A stretch of 64,000 nucleotides of DNA from Scenedesmus sp. PABB004 (Eukaryota): the NCBI GenBank assembly GCA_014905635.1, contig JABVCE010000003.1:1054001-1118000 (forward strand). Reading direction: 5' to 3'. Positions 41,001 to 54,149 of the stretch are shown one piece after another. The notes below the pieces were generated by a model. It was not told the origin of the DNA. It did no database searches and worked only from the letters and a program-made list of their open reading frames with translations. The first letter of the stretch is position 1; each line of letters begins with the position of its first letter. The translations under genes were made by a program, and so were the position numbers.

Positions 41001-42065
41001 CAGCGCGCGCAGCACCGCGTCCGCCGCCGCGCGCTCCAGCTCGCCCCGCTTCTGCAGCACTGCGGCGCGGCGGCGGCCGCGCAGCGTCGGGCGGGGCGGG
41101 GCGGGCGCGCGCCGGCCCGGCGCGGGCGCGCGGCGCCGCCGCCCGCGCTGCCGCCGCGGAGCGCAGCGCGCAGCGCGGCGCCGCACGCGGGCGGCCCAGG
41201 AAGTGCGTGGTCACTGGGAAGCTGCGGCCATCGCTCACGATCACAGGCACGCGGCCCCCGCCGTCCCCGCCGCCGTCCCCGCCGCCGTCCCCGTTGCCGC
41301 CGCCGCCGGCGCCGCGCGCCATGAGCTGAGCAAAGTCCTGGACGAGGCCGCCGCCGAGCGTGGCCGACATGACCACCAGCCTGCGGCGCAGGCCCGCGGC
41401 CGGCGCGCCGCACGTGGCCGCCGCCCGGCGCGCGCAGCGCTGGACGCGCCCCCAGCTCCCGCCCGTGCCGCGGCCGCCGCCGCCGCTGCCAGCGCCGCAC
41501 CGGAGGTCGGGCCGCGCCCAGGCCTGGCAGTCGAGCGCGAGCGCCAGCGCCGTATCCAGCTGTAGCGAGCGCTCGTGGGCCTCGTCCAGCAGCAGCGCAG
41601 CGACGCCCTGCGCGCCCGCCGTGCTCGTAAGGCCGCGCGGCCGCGGCGGCAGCAGCGGAGGCGCGCGGCGGCGGCGGCGGCGCGCACGTCGAGGCCGGGG
41701 TCGGCCTGCAGGCGGCGCAGCAGGATGCCCTCCGTCACCACCTCGACGCGCGTGGCCGCGCTCACGCGGCTCTCCAGGCGCACGCGGTACCCGACGGTGC
41801 GGCCGACGGCCTCGCCCAGCAGCGCCGCCATGCGCCGCGCGGCGGCCTTGGCCGCGACGCGGCGCGGCTCCAGCACCACGATCGCCCCCTGCCCCGCCTG
41901 CAGCCACGCCGGCGCCGCCGCCAGCAGCGCGAGCGGCACCGTCGTCGTCTTGCCCGCGCCCGGCGGGGCCTGCAGCACGAGGCTGGTGTGCTCGTCCAGC
42001 GCGGCGACGACGTCATGGATGACCTCCCTGATCGGCAGCTCGCCGACCAGGGCGTCGATGCTGCC

Positions 42066-42116
<51 letters not shown>

Positions 42117-42275
42117 GCTGCCACCGCTGGCAGCGGCAGCGGCGGCCCCCGCCGGCCTCGCCGCAGCCTGGCGCGGCGGCCGGGAGCTGGCGGCGCCGCG
42201 CCAGCGGATGCGTGCCAGCCGCAGAGGGCCGGGGCAGTTGCCGCCCGCAGCCGCCTTGCGCTGCGCCGCCAACAT
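38045..42275 (-). CDS. hrpB: Bacterial-type DEAH-box ATP-dependent RNA helicase HrpB, multi-exon, with N-terminal targeting-like extension
   Basis: [84 protein letters not shown]-terminal HrpB signature [40 protein letters not shown]. Confidence 0.93.
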
Positions 42276-42630
42276 GGGCAGCAGCGGCGCGCGGCGGCGG
42301 CGCCGGCGGCCGGGCACCGAGCGGCGCGCTGGCGTGCACGCCGCAACGCCGGCGTGTTCAGGGGCCACCGGCCAGACCGCCACAGCGGCAGCGGGAGCTG
42401 GCCGCTGTCGCACAAGCGGCAGCCGCGTGCGCCGCGGCGGTCCAGCGTTCAACCGCGCGGCCTGCGCCGCCGCAGCGGCTCTGAGCAGTTCGGCCAGCGC
42501 GTGAGCGCCGCACCGTCGTACCGTACCACCTGTCTCCCTCGCTCGCCGCCTGGCAACCACCGCGCGGCGGCGTCTGCGGGCGCAGGCGACGAGATGGCCC
42601 GTTCCTGAGCCCGCCGCCGCGCGCAGCAGC

Positions 42631-45600
42631 ATGGCCAAACCGGGCCGCCAGCACGCCGGGGGCCGGCGCCAGGCTGCAGGACGATCGGGCGGTGGGTGGC
42701 CGCGATGCGCCCGCGATGCCCCGCCGGCGCGCGGCAGCGACGACGGCAGCAGCGGTCGCCAACCGCCGCGCGCCGCGCGCCGCGCGCCGCGCGCAGGCCG
42801 CGGCCTTTCCACGCTGGCCCTAATCGCCCTCGCCAACGTCGCCGGCCTGGCGGGCTTCCTGGCCTGGCGCGCGTTGGCGCCGCGGGCGCCGCCCGAGCTC
42901 ACGCCGCTGCGCGCGCCGCTGCTCAAGGCGCTGCCCGAGTTTGATGCCACCTACCAGTCAAACCTGCTGTGGGGCAGCTACCGCTCGGGGCACTACTTTG
43001 GCATGCGCACGCGGTGCGCTGCAGCCGCGGCCGCGGCCGCCGCGGCGGCGCCGCCCGCCGCTGCGCGGCCACAGCGCGCCGCGCCGCGCCGGCCGCAGGA
43101 CGGAGCAGCCGCTGGTGATGGGTTTGATGTGGTTCGACCCGGCCGACCCCGCGACGGTGCAGTCGGCGGCGATCCGGCACGAGGCGCAGCAGGGCGACGG
43201 GCTCGCGTCGTTCGGCTGGGTGCGCCACGACGGCCGCAGCTACGGGCGGCAGGAGCTGGTCGACGGCGACTTCCGGCTCACAGTGACCATGGTGTGTGCG
43301 GCCGCGCGCACCAGGGCAACGGGGCAGCGGCGGCGCGGCGGCAGGGGCGGCCCTGGGCAGGGTCGGGCCCGGCAGGGGAGTTGCCGCGCACACGCCGCTG
43401 CCGCGCCCCGTGCCCCCGCGCGCCGGCGCGCAGGTCAAGTCGACGACGCCCGGCGCGGGCGGCCCCGGCGGCGACTGGGCGGTGCGTGTGCGAGCGGCGC
43501 TGAGCGAGGCGGGCGAGGCCAAGGCGGCGGCGGCGCGCGCGGCGGCCGAGGCGGCGGGCGGCAAGCCGCCGCCGCGGCGCAAGCTGGCGGTCGTTGTCTA
43601 CATGGCCGATGCGCGCTGGCAGGCGGGGCAGCTGGAGCTCTGGCCCGACGGGCAGCCGGAGGGCGGCAAGCTGGGCGAGGTGCGGCGCGGCGCCAGCACG
43701 GCGCGGCGCCGCTGGCGCCACAGCGGCGGCTGACGCGGCCGCGCACCCGCCCGCCGCTCCGTCCGCCCGTGCCCCCCGCAGGGCGTGCAGCTGCTGGCGG
43801 GCGATCACCCGGCCGTCGGGCCGTGGGCGCTGCACCTGCGCCCCGGGTCGGGCGGCGGCGCCAAGGCCGCGGCGCGCGCCAAGCTGACGCACCTCGGCGC
43901 GCGGCTGCAGGACGGGCATCAGCTGGTGGGGCTGAAGCAGCTCATGGTCCAGGCGCTTGCTGAGAATGCGCGGCGGCTCGGGTGCGGAGCGCGGCGGCGC
44001 GGGGCTGGGCTGGGAGCGGCCGGGAAGCTGCTGGCTCGCGCGCACCCTGTGCGCCGCGGCGCCCCCTGACCAACCCGGACCTCTCCGCCGCCGCCGCCCG
44101 CCCGCCCGCCCGCAGCTTTGACCGCGGACTGAAGCTGTGGCTGCCCAGCGTCAGCGAGCCCCGGCCCAACCTGGGAGCCTTCCAGGTCACCGCCACGCTG
44201 CCGGCGGAGTTTGACGCCGTCTTCGTCTCGCACCCCGACGCCGGCGGCGACGCGCGGCTCGTGGCGCTCAGCGGTGCGGCGGGGACCCGCACACTGCGTG
44301 CCCGCCGCACGGCGGGGTGGCCCCCTCGCCCGCCGCGCGCCCGGCCCCGCCCCACGCGCCTGCCTGCCCTGCCCGCGCGGGCGCCCGCGCAGGCGGCGCG
44401 CTCGCCGCGCTGGCGGCGGAGCGCGAGGCGCTGTTTGACTCGCGCTTCGAGCTCACCTTCGCGCCCGCGCCCGCGCCCGGGCTGGACGGCGCCGCGCTCG
44501 CCGAGACGGCCAAGGCCGCGCTGAGCAACCTGCTCGGCGGCATGGGCTACTTTGTCGGCGCGAGCAGGGTCAAGCTCCCGCCCGGCGCGGCGCCGCCGCC
44601 GGCGGCGCGGCCCGGCGCCGACCCGACCGTCGCCGAGTACTGGCGCGCGCCGCTCTTCACGGCGGTGCCGAGCCGCAGCTTCTTCCCGCGTGGCTTCCTC
44701 TGGGACGAGGGCTTCCACCAGCTTCTCGTGGCGCGGTGGGACCCGCAGCTCAGCCGCGACGCGCTCGCGCACTGGCTGGACCTCATGTCGGCCGCGGGGT
44801 GGATCCCGCGGGAGCAGATCCTCGGGGCCGAGGCGCGCGCGCGCGTGCCGCCCGAGTTCGTCACGCAGCACCCGAGCCACGCCAACCCGCCGAGCCTCTT
44901 CCTGCCGCTGCTCACGCACGCGCGCGCCGCCGCGGGCGGCGGCGGCGGCGAAGAGGCCGCGCGCACGCGCGCGTTCCTCGGCGCCGCGTGGCCGCGCCTC
45001 GAGGTGTGGTATCGCTGGTTCAACACCACGCAGGCCGGCACGCGCCCGGGCTCCTACACGTGAGCGCGCGCCGCGCCGGCGCATTGGGCTGCCGCGCCGC
45101 GCGGTGCCGGCGCGGCTGGCTGACGCGCCGGCGCGCGCCGGCCTGCCGCGCAGGTGGAAGGGCCGCGACGCGTCAACGCGGTCCGAGCTCAACCCCAAGA
45201 CCCTGATGTCGGGCTTGGATGACTATCCGAGTGCGGCGCCGCCCGCCGCGCACGCTGGAGCGCACACGCTGCCCAGCGTGCGCCCGCGCCGGCGCGGCGC
45301 ATCGGGCCGCCCACTCGCCGAGGCGCGCGCCGCCGCCGCGGCCGCCGCCGGCAGGGGCGAGCCACCCGACGCCGGACGAGCGGCACGTGGACCTGCTGGC
45401 CTGGATGGCGCTGGCCAGCCGGGCCATGGCCGAGATTGGCGCGGTCGCCGGTGGGTGGTGCCCGGCGCGGCGAAGCGGCCCGCCCCGCCGCCGCCCGCGC
45501 CTCGCCGCCCTCGCCCCGCGCCCTCCGCCCACGCGCCGCGCCGCGCCCGCGGCGCAGGCGCGCCGGCCAAGGCCGTGGCGCGCTACGCGTCGGCTGCGGC

Positions 45601-46471
45601 GGCGCTCGGCAGCCCCGCGCGCCTGCGCGAGCTTCACTGGGACGAGGCGAGCGGGGCGTTTGCCGACTACGGCCTGCACACCGAGGACGTGTCGATGCAG
45701 TGGACCGAGACGCCGGGCGAGCCAGGGCAGCCGCCCAAGGTGCGCCGCGCGCGCCGCCGCCTGCGCCCGCAGCCCACGCCCCGGCCCCCGCCGCCCCGTC
45801 CCCTGGCGTGGCTTGGCTGACTGCCCGCCCGCCGCCGCGCCGCGCGCAGCGCGAGCTCGTGCGCGTCGTGGGCGCGGCGCCGCGGCTGCAGCTGGTGCCG
45901 AGCGTGGGCTACGTGTCGATATTCCCGCTGCTGATGCAGCTGCTGCCGCCGGACGCGCCGGAGCTGGGGCGGCAGCTGGAGCTGCTCTCGCGCGAGGACC
46001 TGCTGTGGACGCCGCACGGCCTGCGCTCGCTCGCCACGACGAGCAGCATCTACAACAAGTGCGCTGAAGCGGCCGCTGCCGCGGGGGGCGGCCGCGGGGC
46101 TCCCGTGTCCGCTGGCGTGAGGGCGTGCGCGCGGCGCCGCGCGCTCACGTTGTCCGCTCTCGCGCGCGCCCCGCAGGCACAACACCGAGCACGACGCGCC
46201 GTACTGGCGCGGCCCGATCTGGGTCAACGTCAACTACCTCGCCCTGTCAGCGCTGCACCACTACGGCGCCACGCCCGGCCCCCACCGCGCCGCCGCGGCG
46301 GCGGCGTACGCGGCGCTGCGCGGCGGGCTGCTCGCCAACCTGGTGGGGCAGTACGGCGCGACGGGGTACCTGTGGGAGCAGTACGGCGACGCCGACGGCG
46401 CGCCCAAGGGCTGCCGGCCCTTCACGGGCTGGACGGCGCTCGTCGCGCTCATCGCGGCCGAGGCGTACTGA
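42631..46471 (+). CDS. GCS1: Mannosyl-oligosaccharide glucosidase I (GH63), 11 exons
   Basis: Type II TM anchor; [105 protein letters not shown]. Confidence 0.96.
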
Positions 46472-46491
46472 GCTGGGCGCCGCGGGCGCGC

Positions 46492-46496
46492 TGTAA
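46492..46496 (+). terminator. TGTAA polyadenylation signal of glucosidase I
   Basis: TGTAA 20 nt after stop codon. Confidence 0.6.
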
Positions 46497-46725
46497 CGCC
46501 GCTGCTCGGCCGTCAGACGCCTGTTGTGTTTACTCGCCCTGCGTCCGCGCCGCGCGGCCGCCGCAGCTGCATGCGCAGCGCGCCCCGTGCCGCCGCCGCC
46601 GTCGCGCCGCCCGTGTTCGCTCTCGGTTGAGTTCCGCCTCGGCCCCCGCTCACGCGCGAGTGCTCCAGCTGATTGGGTTGTGTGTCGGCGCCGCCCTCGC
46701 GCAGCGCTCCGAGCGCAACGCTCAC

Positions 46726-48096
46726 TCACGCCTTCTGCAGGCAGACGGCGTCGAGCAGGCTGCCGCAGCTGCCGCAGACCTTTGAGCGCTTGGTGTTGAT
46801 GAACGCGAGCGTCACCTGCGCCCACCCCAGCAGCAGGCGCGACCAGAGCCCCAGAGGCACGGTCAGCCAGCGGCGCGGCCGCGCAGCAAGCTGGTCAGCA
46901 CCGCGCGGCGGTCAGCGGCTGCAGCGCGGCCGCGCGCGCGCGCGCCTTGTCGTCCGGCGCGGTGAAGGTTGTCTCGTGCCGCACCCACTGCGTCTGGTGC
47001 GCCGCGTAGTCGGCCGCCGTGTCAGCGCTGTCAATGACGGTAAACCCCTGCCGGTCCTTGGGCCAGGGCGCCGCCGACGCGGACACCGCGTGCCCGGCCG
47101 GCCGCACCGCGACGTCCACCGCGGTGTCAAAGGGCGTCAGCTTCCCCGTGCCGTGCGCGCCGCGGCCCTCGCTGCGCGGCGCGGGCGCGCGCGGGTGTGG
47201 GGCTGGCGGCGCGGGCCCGGCGGCGCGTGCACGGGAGCGCCCGCCGCCGCGCGGCACCGCGGCACCGCGGCACCGCCCCTCAGCAGGCGCGCGCCGCGCC
47301 TCACCCCTCGGTGAAGGTGATGAGCCGGCCGTAGTAGTAGCTCAGCCGGTAGGTCGCGCCCTTCTGCAGCGCCAGCTCTTGGCAGTAGTTGCCTGAAATG
47401 CAAAAAACCGGGCGAAAACCGGGGGGCGGGGCGCGCCTCAGCACGCGGCTCAGCGCGCCGCCACCGCGCCTGCCGCCACCGCGCCTGCCGCCGCCGCTGT
47501 GCCGCGGCCCCCCGATCGCGCGCGGCGCACCCGTGCCGTTGGGCAGCAGCTCTGCGTACTGCTGCCCCTCGATCGGCTTGGCCAGCGCGCCGCGCGCGAT
47601 CTCGATCCACTTGCTCTGCCAGTCCACCTTGACGCAGGGCAGGCCGTCCGGGCGCGTCGTGTACCAGCCCGGCAGCGCGCGGTGCCAGCCCCAGCGGCTG
47701 TTGGAGTACTTGTCCCGGTGCTCGCTCGGCACCTGCGGGCGCCGGCGACGCGAGCAGCAGGCGCGCGCGCGGTGGTGACGCCGCGAGCGTCGGCGCTGCT
47801 CAGCGCTGCCGCCCCCTGGCGCGCAGCTGCGGCATGCGGACAGGCTGGGCACGCGCATGGGCGGGCGCCGGGGCCGCCGCGCTGCAGCCGGCGGCGGTGG
47901 CTGTCGCCCGGCAGCAGCTGCAGCGCGGCCGCCCGGCGCGCCGCCGCACCAGCATAGTGTTGGGCGCCTCAAAGTCGCCGTTCACGATGAGATTGCCCGG
48001 GCACGACTCGGAGAGCACGAAGGCAGCCGACACAGACCCCAGGCGCGCCAGGAGCGCGGGGAGGAGCACGGCCAGCATCAGGCCGCCGCGCGCCAT
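46726..48096 (-). CDS. Secreted galactose-binding-like (DUF642/CBM-like) beta-sandwich protein, 5 exons
   Basis: Signal peptide; NLIVNGDFEAP; LPGW; EGQQYAEL; CQELALQKGATYRLSYYYG; W..TTFTA; VTLAF; CGSLLDAV. Confidence 0.7.
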
Positions 48097-48410
48097 GCTG
48101 CGCCGTCCAGTTGCGTGCAGCCGCCAACTAGACGCTCGTCAAAACACGCCGCCGAGTTCTCGCGGGCCAGCCAGGCTGCAGCAGGCCGACCGCGCGCGGC
48201 AGCAGCAGCAGCTTCGCGCGTGGGGTGTGGCTCGGGTGTGTGCGTGCGCGTTGGGCGCGGTCACTGACGGCGACGAGTGCCTGGTGATCGAGCGGCCGCG
48301 GCCTGCGGCCTGTGCCTGCGCCGCGGCGGTGGTTGGCCGCCCGCCCGCCCGCCGACCGGCGCCGACCCGCGCTGCCGGAGTCGGCGCCAGTGAGTGGCCG
48401 CCCAACGCGC

Positions 48411-48415
48411 TTACA
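48411..48415 (-). terminator. TGTAA polyadenylation signal of RanBP1
   Basis: ttaca on + strand about 230 nt downstream of stop. Confidence 0.6.
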
Positions 48416-48642
48416 GGCCGCGACGGCACCGCCGCAGCCGCATGCACCGCGCGCCGCAATGCGCCCCGCCCCCCGCAGCCGCCAGCGACGACGCGCTGCG
48501 TCCGAGAGACGCGGAGGTCCCGCCCCGTCCCCCCTGCACACCAGCCGCGAGTGCACGCGCCCGCCCCCTCCCCTCCACCGCCCGCCCGCTGCGCCCGCGC
48601 GCAGCGCCTGCTGCGCCGCCGCCGCCGCGCGCCGCCCGCCCG

Positions 48643-49984
48643 CTACTCTGCCTTGGGCTCGGCGGCCTCCGCTGCCGCGGGCGCGGCGTCGCCGCCGTCG
48701 GCGACCTTCGTCTTGCCGAGCTCGTCGGCCAGCGCGTCGGCAGCGTCGGCGGTGCCGTCGACCGCTGCTGCGGGGACGGCGGCCATGTTGATGATGGCAG
48801 CGTTGGACTCGGCGGCCTCGTCAAACTTCTTCTTGAACTCCTGCGCCTCTGCGCGGCGGGGCAGAGCGGAGCGGCGGAGCGGGGCGGTCGGTGGGGCAGT
48901 CCGCGGGCGCGGCTGCCGGCTGCGGCTGCCGCCGGCGCGCCAGCTGCTGCGCCGCGCGGCGCCCGCCGCCAGCGGCGCTCACTCTCGGGCGAGCCGAAGC
49001 GGACGCAGAACAGCTCCACCTTGTGCTCGCCGTCAGCGTAGTCCACCGCCGACCACACCCACGCCTTGTCGCTGCCCGCGTGCTCCTGCAGCTTGGACGT
49101 CGGCATGACTGCCGGTGCGGGCGGGCGCGGCGGGCGCGGGCGGGCGGGCGCCGTCGGGGCGCGCGCGCTGCGCCGTCGGGGCGTGCGCGCTGCGGCGCTG
49201 CGCCGCCGCGCGCGTCCGCGGGCCCGCGCGGCCGCGATCGGCGCGCCGCACGCGGGCAACCGCCGCCAGCCGCCGGCCAACCGCCGGGCGCAGCGGGCGC
49301 GCGGGCTCGCCGCGCGCGGCGCGCGGCCGGGCGCGCCCCCGTGCGCGCACCTATGTGGTTGGCCCTGATCTTGAGCGTCTTTTCTTGCCGCATGAGGAGG
49401 CGGATCTTCTGGTTCTCCTTGTGCTTCAGCAGCTTCACCACGCCGAGGCCGCGCTCCTTCCACTCGTTGCCGGCCGCCTCGAAGCGGTAGAGCTTGCACT
49501 TGCTGCGCCACGCGCGCGGACGGCGGCGGCGGCGGCGATCAGGGGCGCCGGGCGGGGCGCGGCGGCGCGGGAGGGGCGGGGGCGGCTGCTGCTGATGAGC
49601 ACGGGCCATCTGCGCCGCCTCCTGCCGCGCCGCGGCCCCGCGCCGCCCCGGCGCGCCGGCAGCGCGCGCCCCGCGCGCCCCTGCAGCCCCCACGCACAGC
49701 TCCACGAGCGCCTGCTCGTCCTCCTCGCCGGTGGAGGTCTCGACCTCCTCCAGCTGCACCACGGGCTTGTACTCCGCCTGGCACTCCTCCTCCGCCGCCG
49801 CGGCGTCGTCCTCGTCACCGCCCTCGCCGCCCGCGCCCGCGCCGGCCGCGCCGCCGTCGCTGCTGCTCGCGGGGACGCCCGTGAAGCCGGCGAAGCCGGT
49901 CGCGCCCCCAAACGTGCCCGCGCCGAACACGGGCGTGGGCTTGGGCTCCTCCTTGACCTCGGGCGCGGCCGCCTCGGTCGCCAT
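48643..49984 (-). CDS. RANBP1: Ran-binding protein 1, 4 exons
   Basis: [67 protein letters not shown]. Confidence 0.95.
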
Positions 49985-50369
49985 GGCGCCGCACGCGCGC
50001 GGGGTGGGGCGGGCGCGGTGATGAACTGCTCGCGGTCGCGCGGTGGGGCGCCGGCAGCACACGGGAGCGAGGCAGGGACGGAGCTGGTGGCACGGGCGCG
50101 CGCTGGCGAGCGGGAGCGCGACCGCGCAGCACGCGGGCGGCCCAGGGCACAGCAGAAGAACATCGAGGCGCCCGTGTCGCCCGCCGCGCGATGCAGGAGC
50201 CGTGCCTGCTCGCCCACTCGCTCCGACAACGTTGCTCGCTCGATCACGCCCGCCCACGCGACCAGGCGCTCCACCAGGCGATCACGCCGCACCCGCGCCC
50301 GCTTTCGCGCGCTCCACCGCCGTCGCCCGCCGCGCCCGCCCCGCCCGCGCCCGGCGCGCGCTCGCCAAG

Positions 50370-51259
50370 ATGGCGGTCAAGACGCTCAACGCCAACGCGG
50401 AGACGATGGGCAAGAGCGCGGCGCTGTTCATGAACATCAACGCCGCGAAGGGGCTCCACGAGGTCATGAAGACCAACTTCGGGCCCAAGGGCACCATCAA
50501 GATGCTCGTCGGCGGCGCGGGCGGTGCGTGGCGCGGCGCGGCCGGCGCGGCGCGGCCCGGGCGCGCGCCGGCGGCCGGCCGAGCGCGGCGCGCCGCTGCT
50601 GCGCGCCCGCGGCGCAGACATCAAGCTCACCAAGGACGGCAACGTGCTCCTGCGCGAGATGCAAATACAGAACCCCACCGCCGTCATGATCGCGCGCACC
50701 GCGGTCGCGCAGGACGACGTGACCGGGTGCGCCGCCGCGGCGCCGGCGGCGGCGGCGCCGCCTGCTGCGGCGCCCGCGGCGCGCGTGGCGCCCGGCCGGC
50801 CGCCCGACCTCCGCCCCGCCTGGCGCGCAGGGACGGCACGTCGTCGATCGTGCTGCTGATCGGGGAGCTGATGCGGCAGAGCGAGCGCTACCTGCAGGAG
50901 GGCAGCCACCCGCGCGTCATCGTCGAGGCGAGCCCCCGCAGCGCCGCGGGGCCGCGGGCGGGCGGGGCGCGGGCGAGGGGCGCAGGCGGGCGAGGGGGCG
51001 GCAGGCGAGGGCGCGGCGCGAGGAGGGCGGCGGCGCGCCCGCAGCTGGCAGCGCCGGCGGTCGCGCGGCGCCCCGTCCACGGCCCTCTGCCGCCTGCGCC
51101 CACCCCGCCCGCCGCTCCGCCTCGCCTCGCCTGCACCACACGGCCACGCATGTGCGCAGGGCTTTGACATTGCCAAGAAGGCGCTGCTGGAGTTCCTGGA
51201 CACCTTCAAGACCCCGGCAGACCCCACCGACCGCGAGGTGCGCGGCGCTGCATCCCGCC

Positions 51260-51317
<58 letters not shown>

Positions 51318-53826
51318 TGCCGCCGCCGCCGCGCCGCTGCCGCCGCTCACCCGCTCCCGCGCGCGCGCGCCCGCGCCGGGCGCAGCTGCTGCGCTGCGTG
51401 AGCCGCACGAGCCTGGGCACCAAGCTCGCGCCGCACCTCGCGGAGCAGCTGACAGACATCGTGACCGACGCGGTGCTGACCATCGCCAGCCCTGACACGC
51501 CCCTCGACCTCTACATGGTGCGCCGCGCGCGCTGTGCGCTGCGTGCGCTGTGCGCGCTGCGTGCGCTGTGCGCTGCGTGTGCTGCACGCTGCGTGTGAGG
51601 GCAGGGAGAGGGCAGGCGCCCGCACCCGCGCGCCTCCCGCGCGCGCCGGCCCACGCCCCCGCCCACGCGCCCGCCGCCCCTCCACGCACGCACTCGCCGG
51701 CCCCAGGTTGAGATCATGCACATGCGCCACAAGCTCGACAGCGACACCCGCCTCGTCAAGGGCCTCGTGCTCGACCACGGCGCGCGCCACCCCGACATGC
51801 CCAAGCGCGTCGAGGTGACGCCCGGCGCGCGCCGGCGGCTGCGGCCGCGCCGCGCCGCGCCGCTGCACACGCACACACCCGCACACTGACACACGCACAC
51901 GCACACACTGTCACACGCCCACACAGGACGCGTTCATCCTCACCGCCAACATCAGCCTGGAGTATGAGAAGGCCGAGGTGCGCGCGCGGCGGTCTGTGCT
52001 GGGCTGTGCTGGTCCGTGCTGGTCTTGCGTCTGTGTGAAGGGCGGCGCGCCATGTCTTTGCTGCACCCACGCCCACACGCGTCCCACGCGTCCCACGCCT
52101 CCCACGCCTCCCCACACCCTCGCACCCTCACAACACTCTCCGCCGCCAGGTCAACGCCGGGTTCTTCTACTCCAACGCGGAGCAGCGCGAGGCGCTGGTC
52201 AAGGCGGAGCGCGCCTACACCGACGAGCGCTGCCGCCGCGTCATCGAGCTCAAGCGCCAGGCGCGCGCCCGCGCATTCGCACGCGCCCCGCCGCGCCGCG
52301 CCGCCGCGGGGCGCGTCTTGACGCGCCAGCGGGCGCGGGCGCGGCCGGCGCTGCTGGCGCGCCGCCGCCCGCCGACCGCCGCGGCGCGGCCCTGGACCCT
52401 GAACCCTGGACCCTGCACCCCGCACCCTGCGCCCCGCAGGTGTGCGGCGAGAGCGGCAAGGGCTTTGTGCTGATCAACCAGAAGGGCATTGACCCACTCT
52501 GCCTCGACATGCTCGCCAAGGCGCGGGCGCAGCAGCGGCGCTGCCTGGCCAGCGGGAGGGCTGGTGTGGCCAGGGGGCGGTGCTGGCCGCCCGGCGTCGG
52601 AGCTCCCTGCCCGGCCGCGCCGCCGCCGGCGCTCGGCCACACCCCGCGCCGCCCCCGCGCACGGCTCCCGTGTCGCGCAGGAGGGCATCCTCGCGCTGCG
52701 GCGCGCCAAGAAGCGCAACATGGAGCGCCTCACGCTCGCGTGCGGCGGCTTTGCGGTCAACAGCGTGGAGGAGCTCACGCCAGACTGCCTCGTGCGTGCT
52801 GGGGCGCGCCGCCCGGCCGGGGGGGCGCGACCCGCCGCCGGACGGGCCCCGCCCTCTCTGCTCCCCACGCTCTACTACCCGCACCCTCCCTGCACCAACA
52901 CACACGCGCGCCCCTGCCCCCGCCCTGCGCCCCCCCCCCCCCCCCCCCGCGCCCAGGGTCGCGCGGGGTGCGTGTACGAGCACGTGCTGGGCGAGGACAA
53001 GTACACGTTTGTGGAGGACGTGGCGCACCCGCACAGCTGCACCATCCTCATCAAGGGACCCAACGACCACACCATCGCGCAGGCGCGCGCCGCCGCCGCC
53101 GCGCACCTCTGCCACGCCCAGCCTCGCCGCCGCGCCCAGCCTCGCCGCCGCGCCCAGCCTCGCCGCCGCACCCTTCCGCCCGCCGCGCCCGTCCGCACCC
53201 GCCCACCCACGCCCACACACCCACGCCCACCCACACACTCACACACGTGCAAACACACGCGCGCACAGATCAAGGACGCGGTGCGCGACGGGCTGCGGGC
53301 GGTGAAGAACGTGATGGACGACAAGGCGGTCGTCGCGGGCGCGGGCGCGTTCGAGGTCGCCGCCGCGGCGCACCTCCGCGCGGCGGTCAAGAAGCAGGCG
53401 CAGGGCCGCGCCAAGCTCGGCGTCGAGGCGTTCGCGGAGGCGCTGCTGGGCTTCGTGAAGATCCTGGCAGAGAACAGCGGGTGAGGCCAGCGCGCCGCGC
53501 GCCGCCGCCGCGCCGTCGCCCCTGCTCGCGCCGCCGCGCCTGCTCACGCCCTGCTCACGCCGCACCGGCCCCTCCCCCCCCCCCTTCCGCGCAGGTACGA
53601 CGCGCAGGACGTGCTGATCAAGCTGCAGGACGAGGCCGACGCCGGCGGCGGCGCGCCGGTCGGGCTCGACGTCGCGACCGGCGAGCCGCTCGACCCCGTG
53701 GCCGCGGGCATCTGGGACAACTACCTGGTGAAGCGCCAGATCATCCTCTCCGCGCCCGTCATCGCGAGCCAGCTGCTGCTCGTGGACGAGGTCATGCGCG
53801 CGGGCATCAACATGCGCGGCAAGTAA
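50370..53826 (+). CDS. CCT6: T-complex protein 1 subunit zeta, 13 exons
   Basis: [101 protein letters not shown]. Confidence 0.97.
51262..51331 (+). repeat. (GCC)n intronic microsatellite in CCT6
   Basis: About 23 near-perfect GCC units. Confidence 0.9.
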
Positions 53827-54144
53827 TATAGTGTGTGAGGCCGCTGCGCCGCATGTGGTGCTGTGGTGTGCGGCGGTGTGCGTCGTTGGCGGACGGCCGC
53901 GGGCGAGCCAGCAGCAGCTGGCAGCTGGCGCGGCGCGCGTGTACAGCCGGCGGGGCGGGGGCGCCGCGCGGGGGGCGCCGCCGCGCGGGCGCCGCGGAGG
54001 CGGCCCGCGCGGCGGCGCGGCGCGGCGCGGCGCGGGGCGGGGCGGGGCGGGGGGCGCGCGTGTACAGCGGCGCGTGCGGCCGGCGCCAGCGCGCTGGCCG
54101 CGCGCTCGTCGGCGCGCGGCTGCTGCGAGAGCAGCTGCCGCGGG

Positions 54145-54149
54145 TGTAA
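54145..54149 (+). terminator. TGTAA polyadenylation signal of CCT6
   Basis: TGTAA about 320 nt after stop, before the next gene. Confidence 0.65.

Noticed and set aside
45059..45063. Apparent premature TGA in glucosidase I
   Set aside because: It is part of the intron donor AC|GTGAG; splicing to 45153 restores the frame
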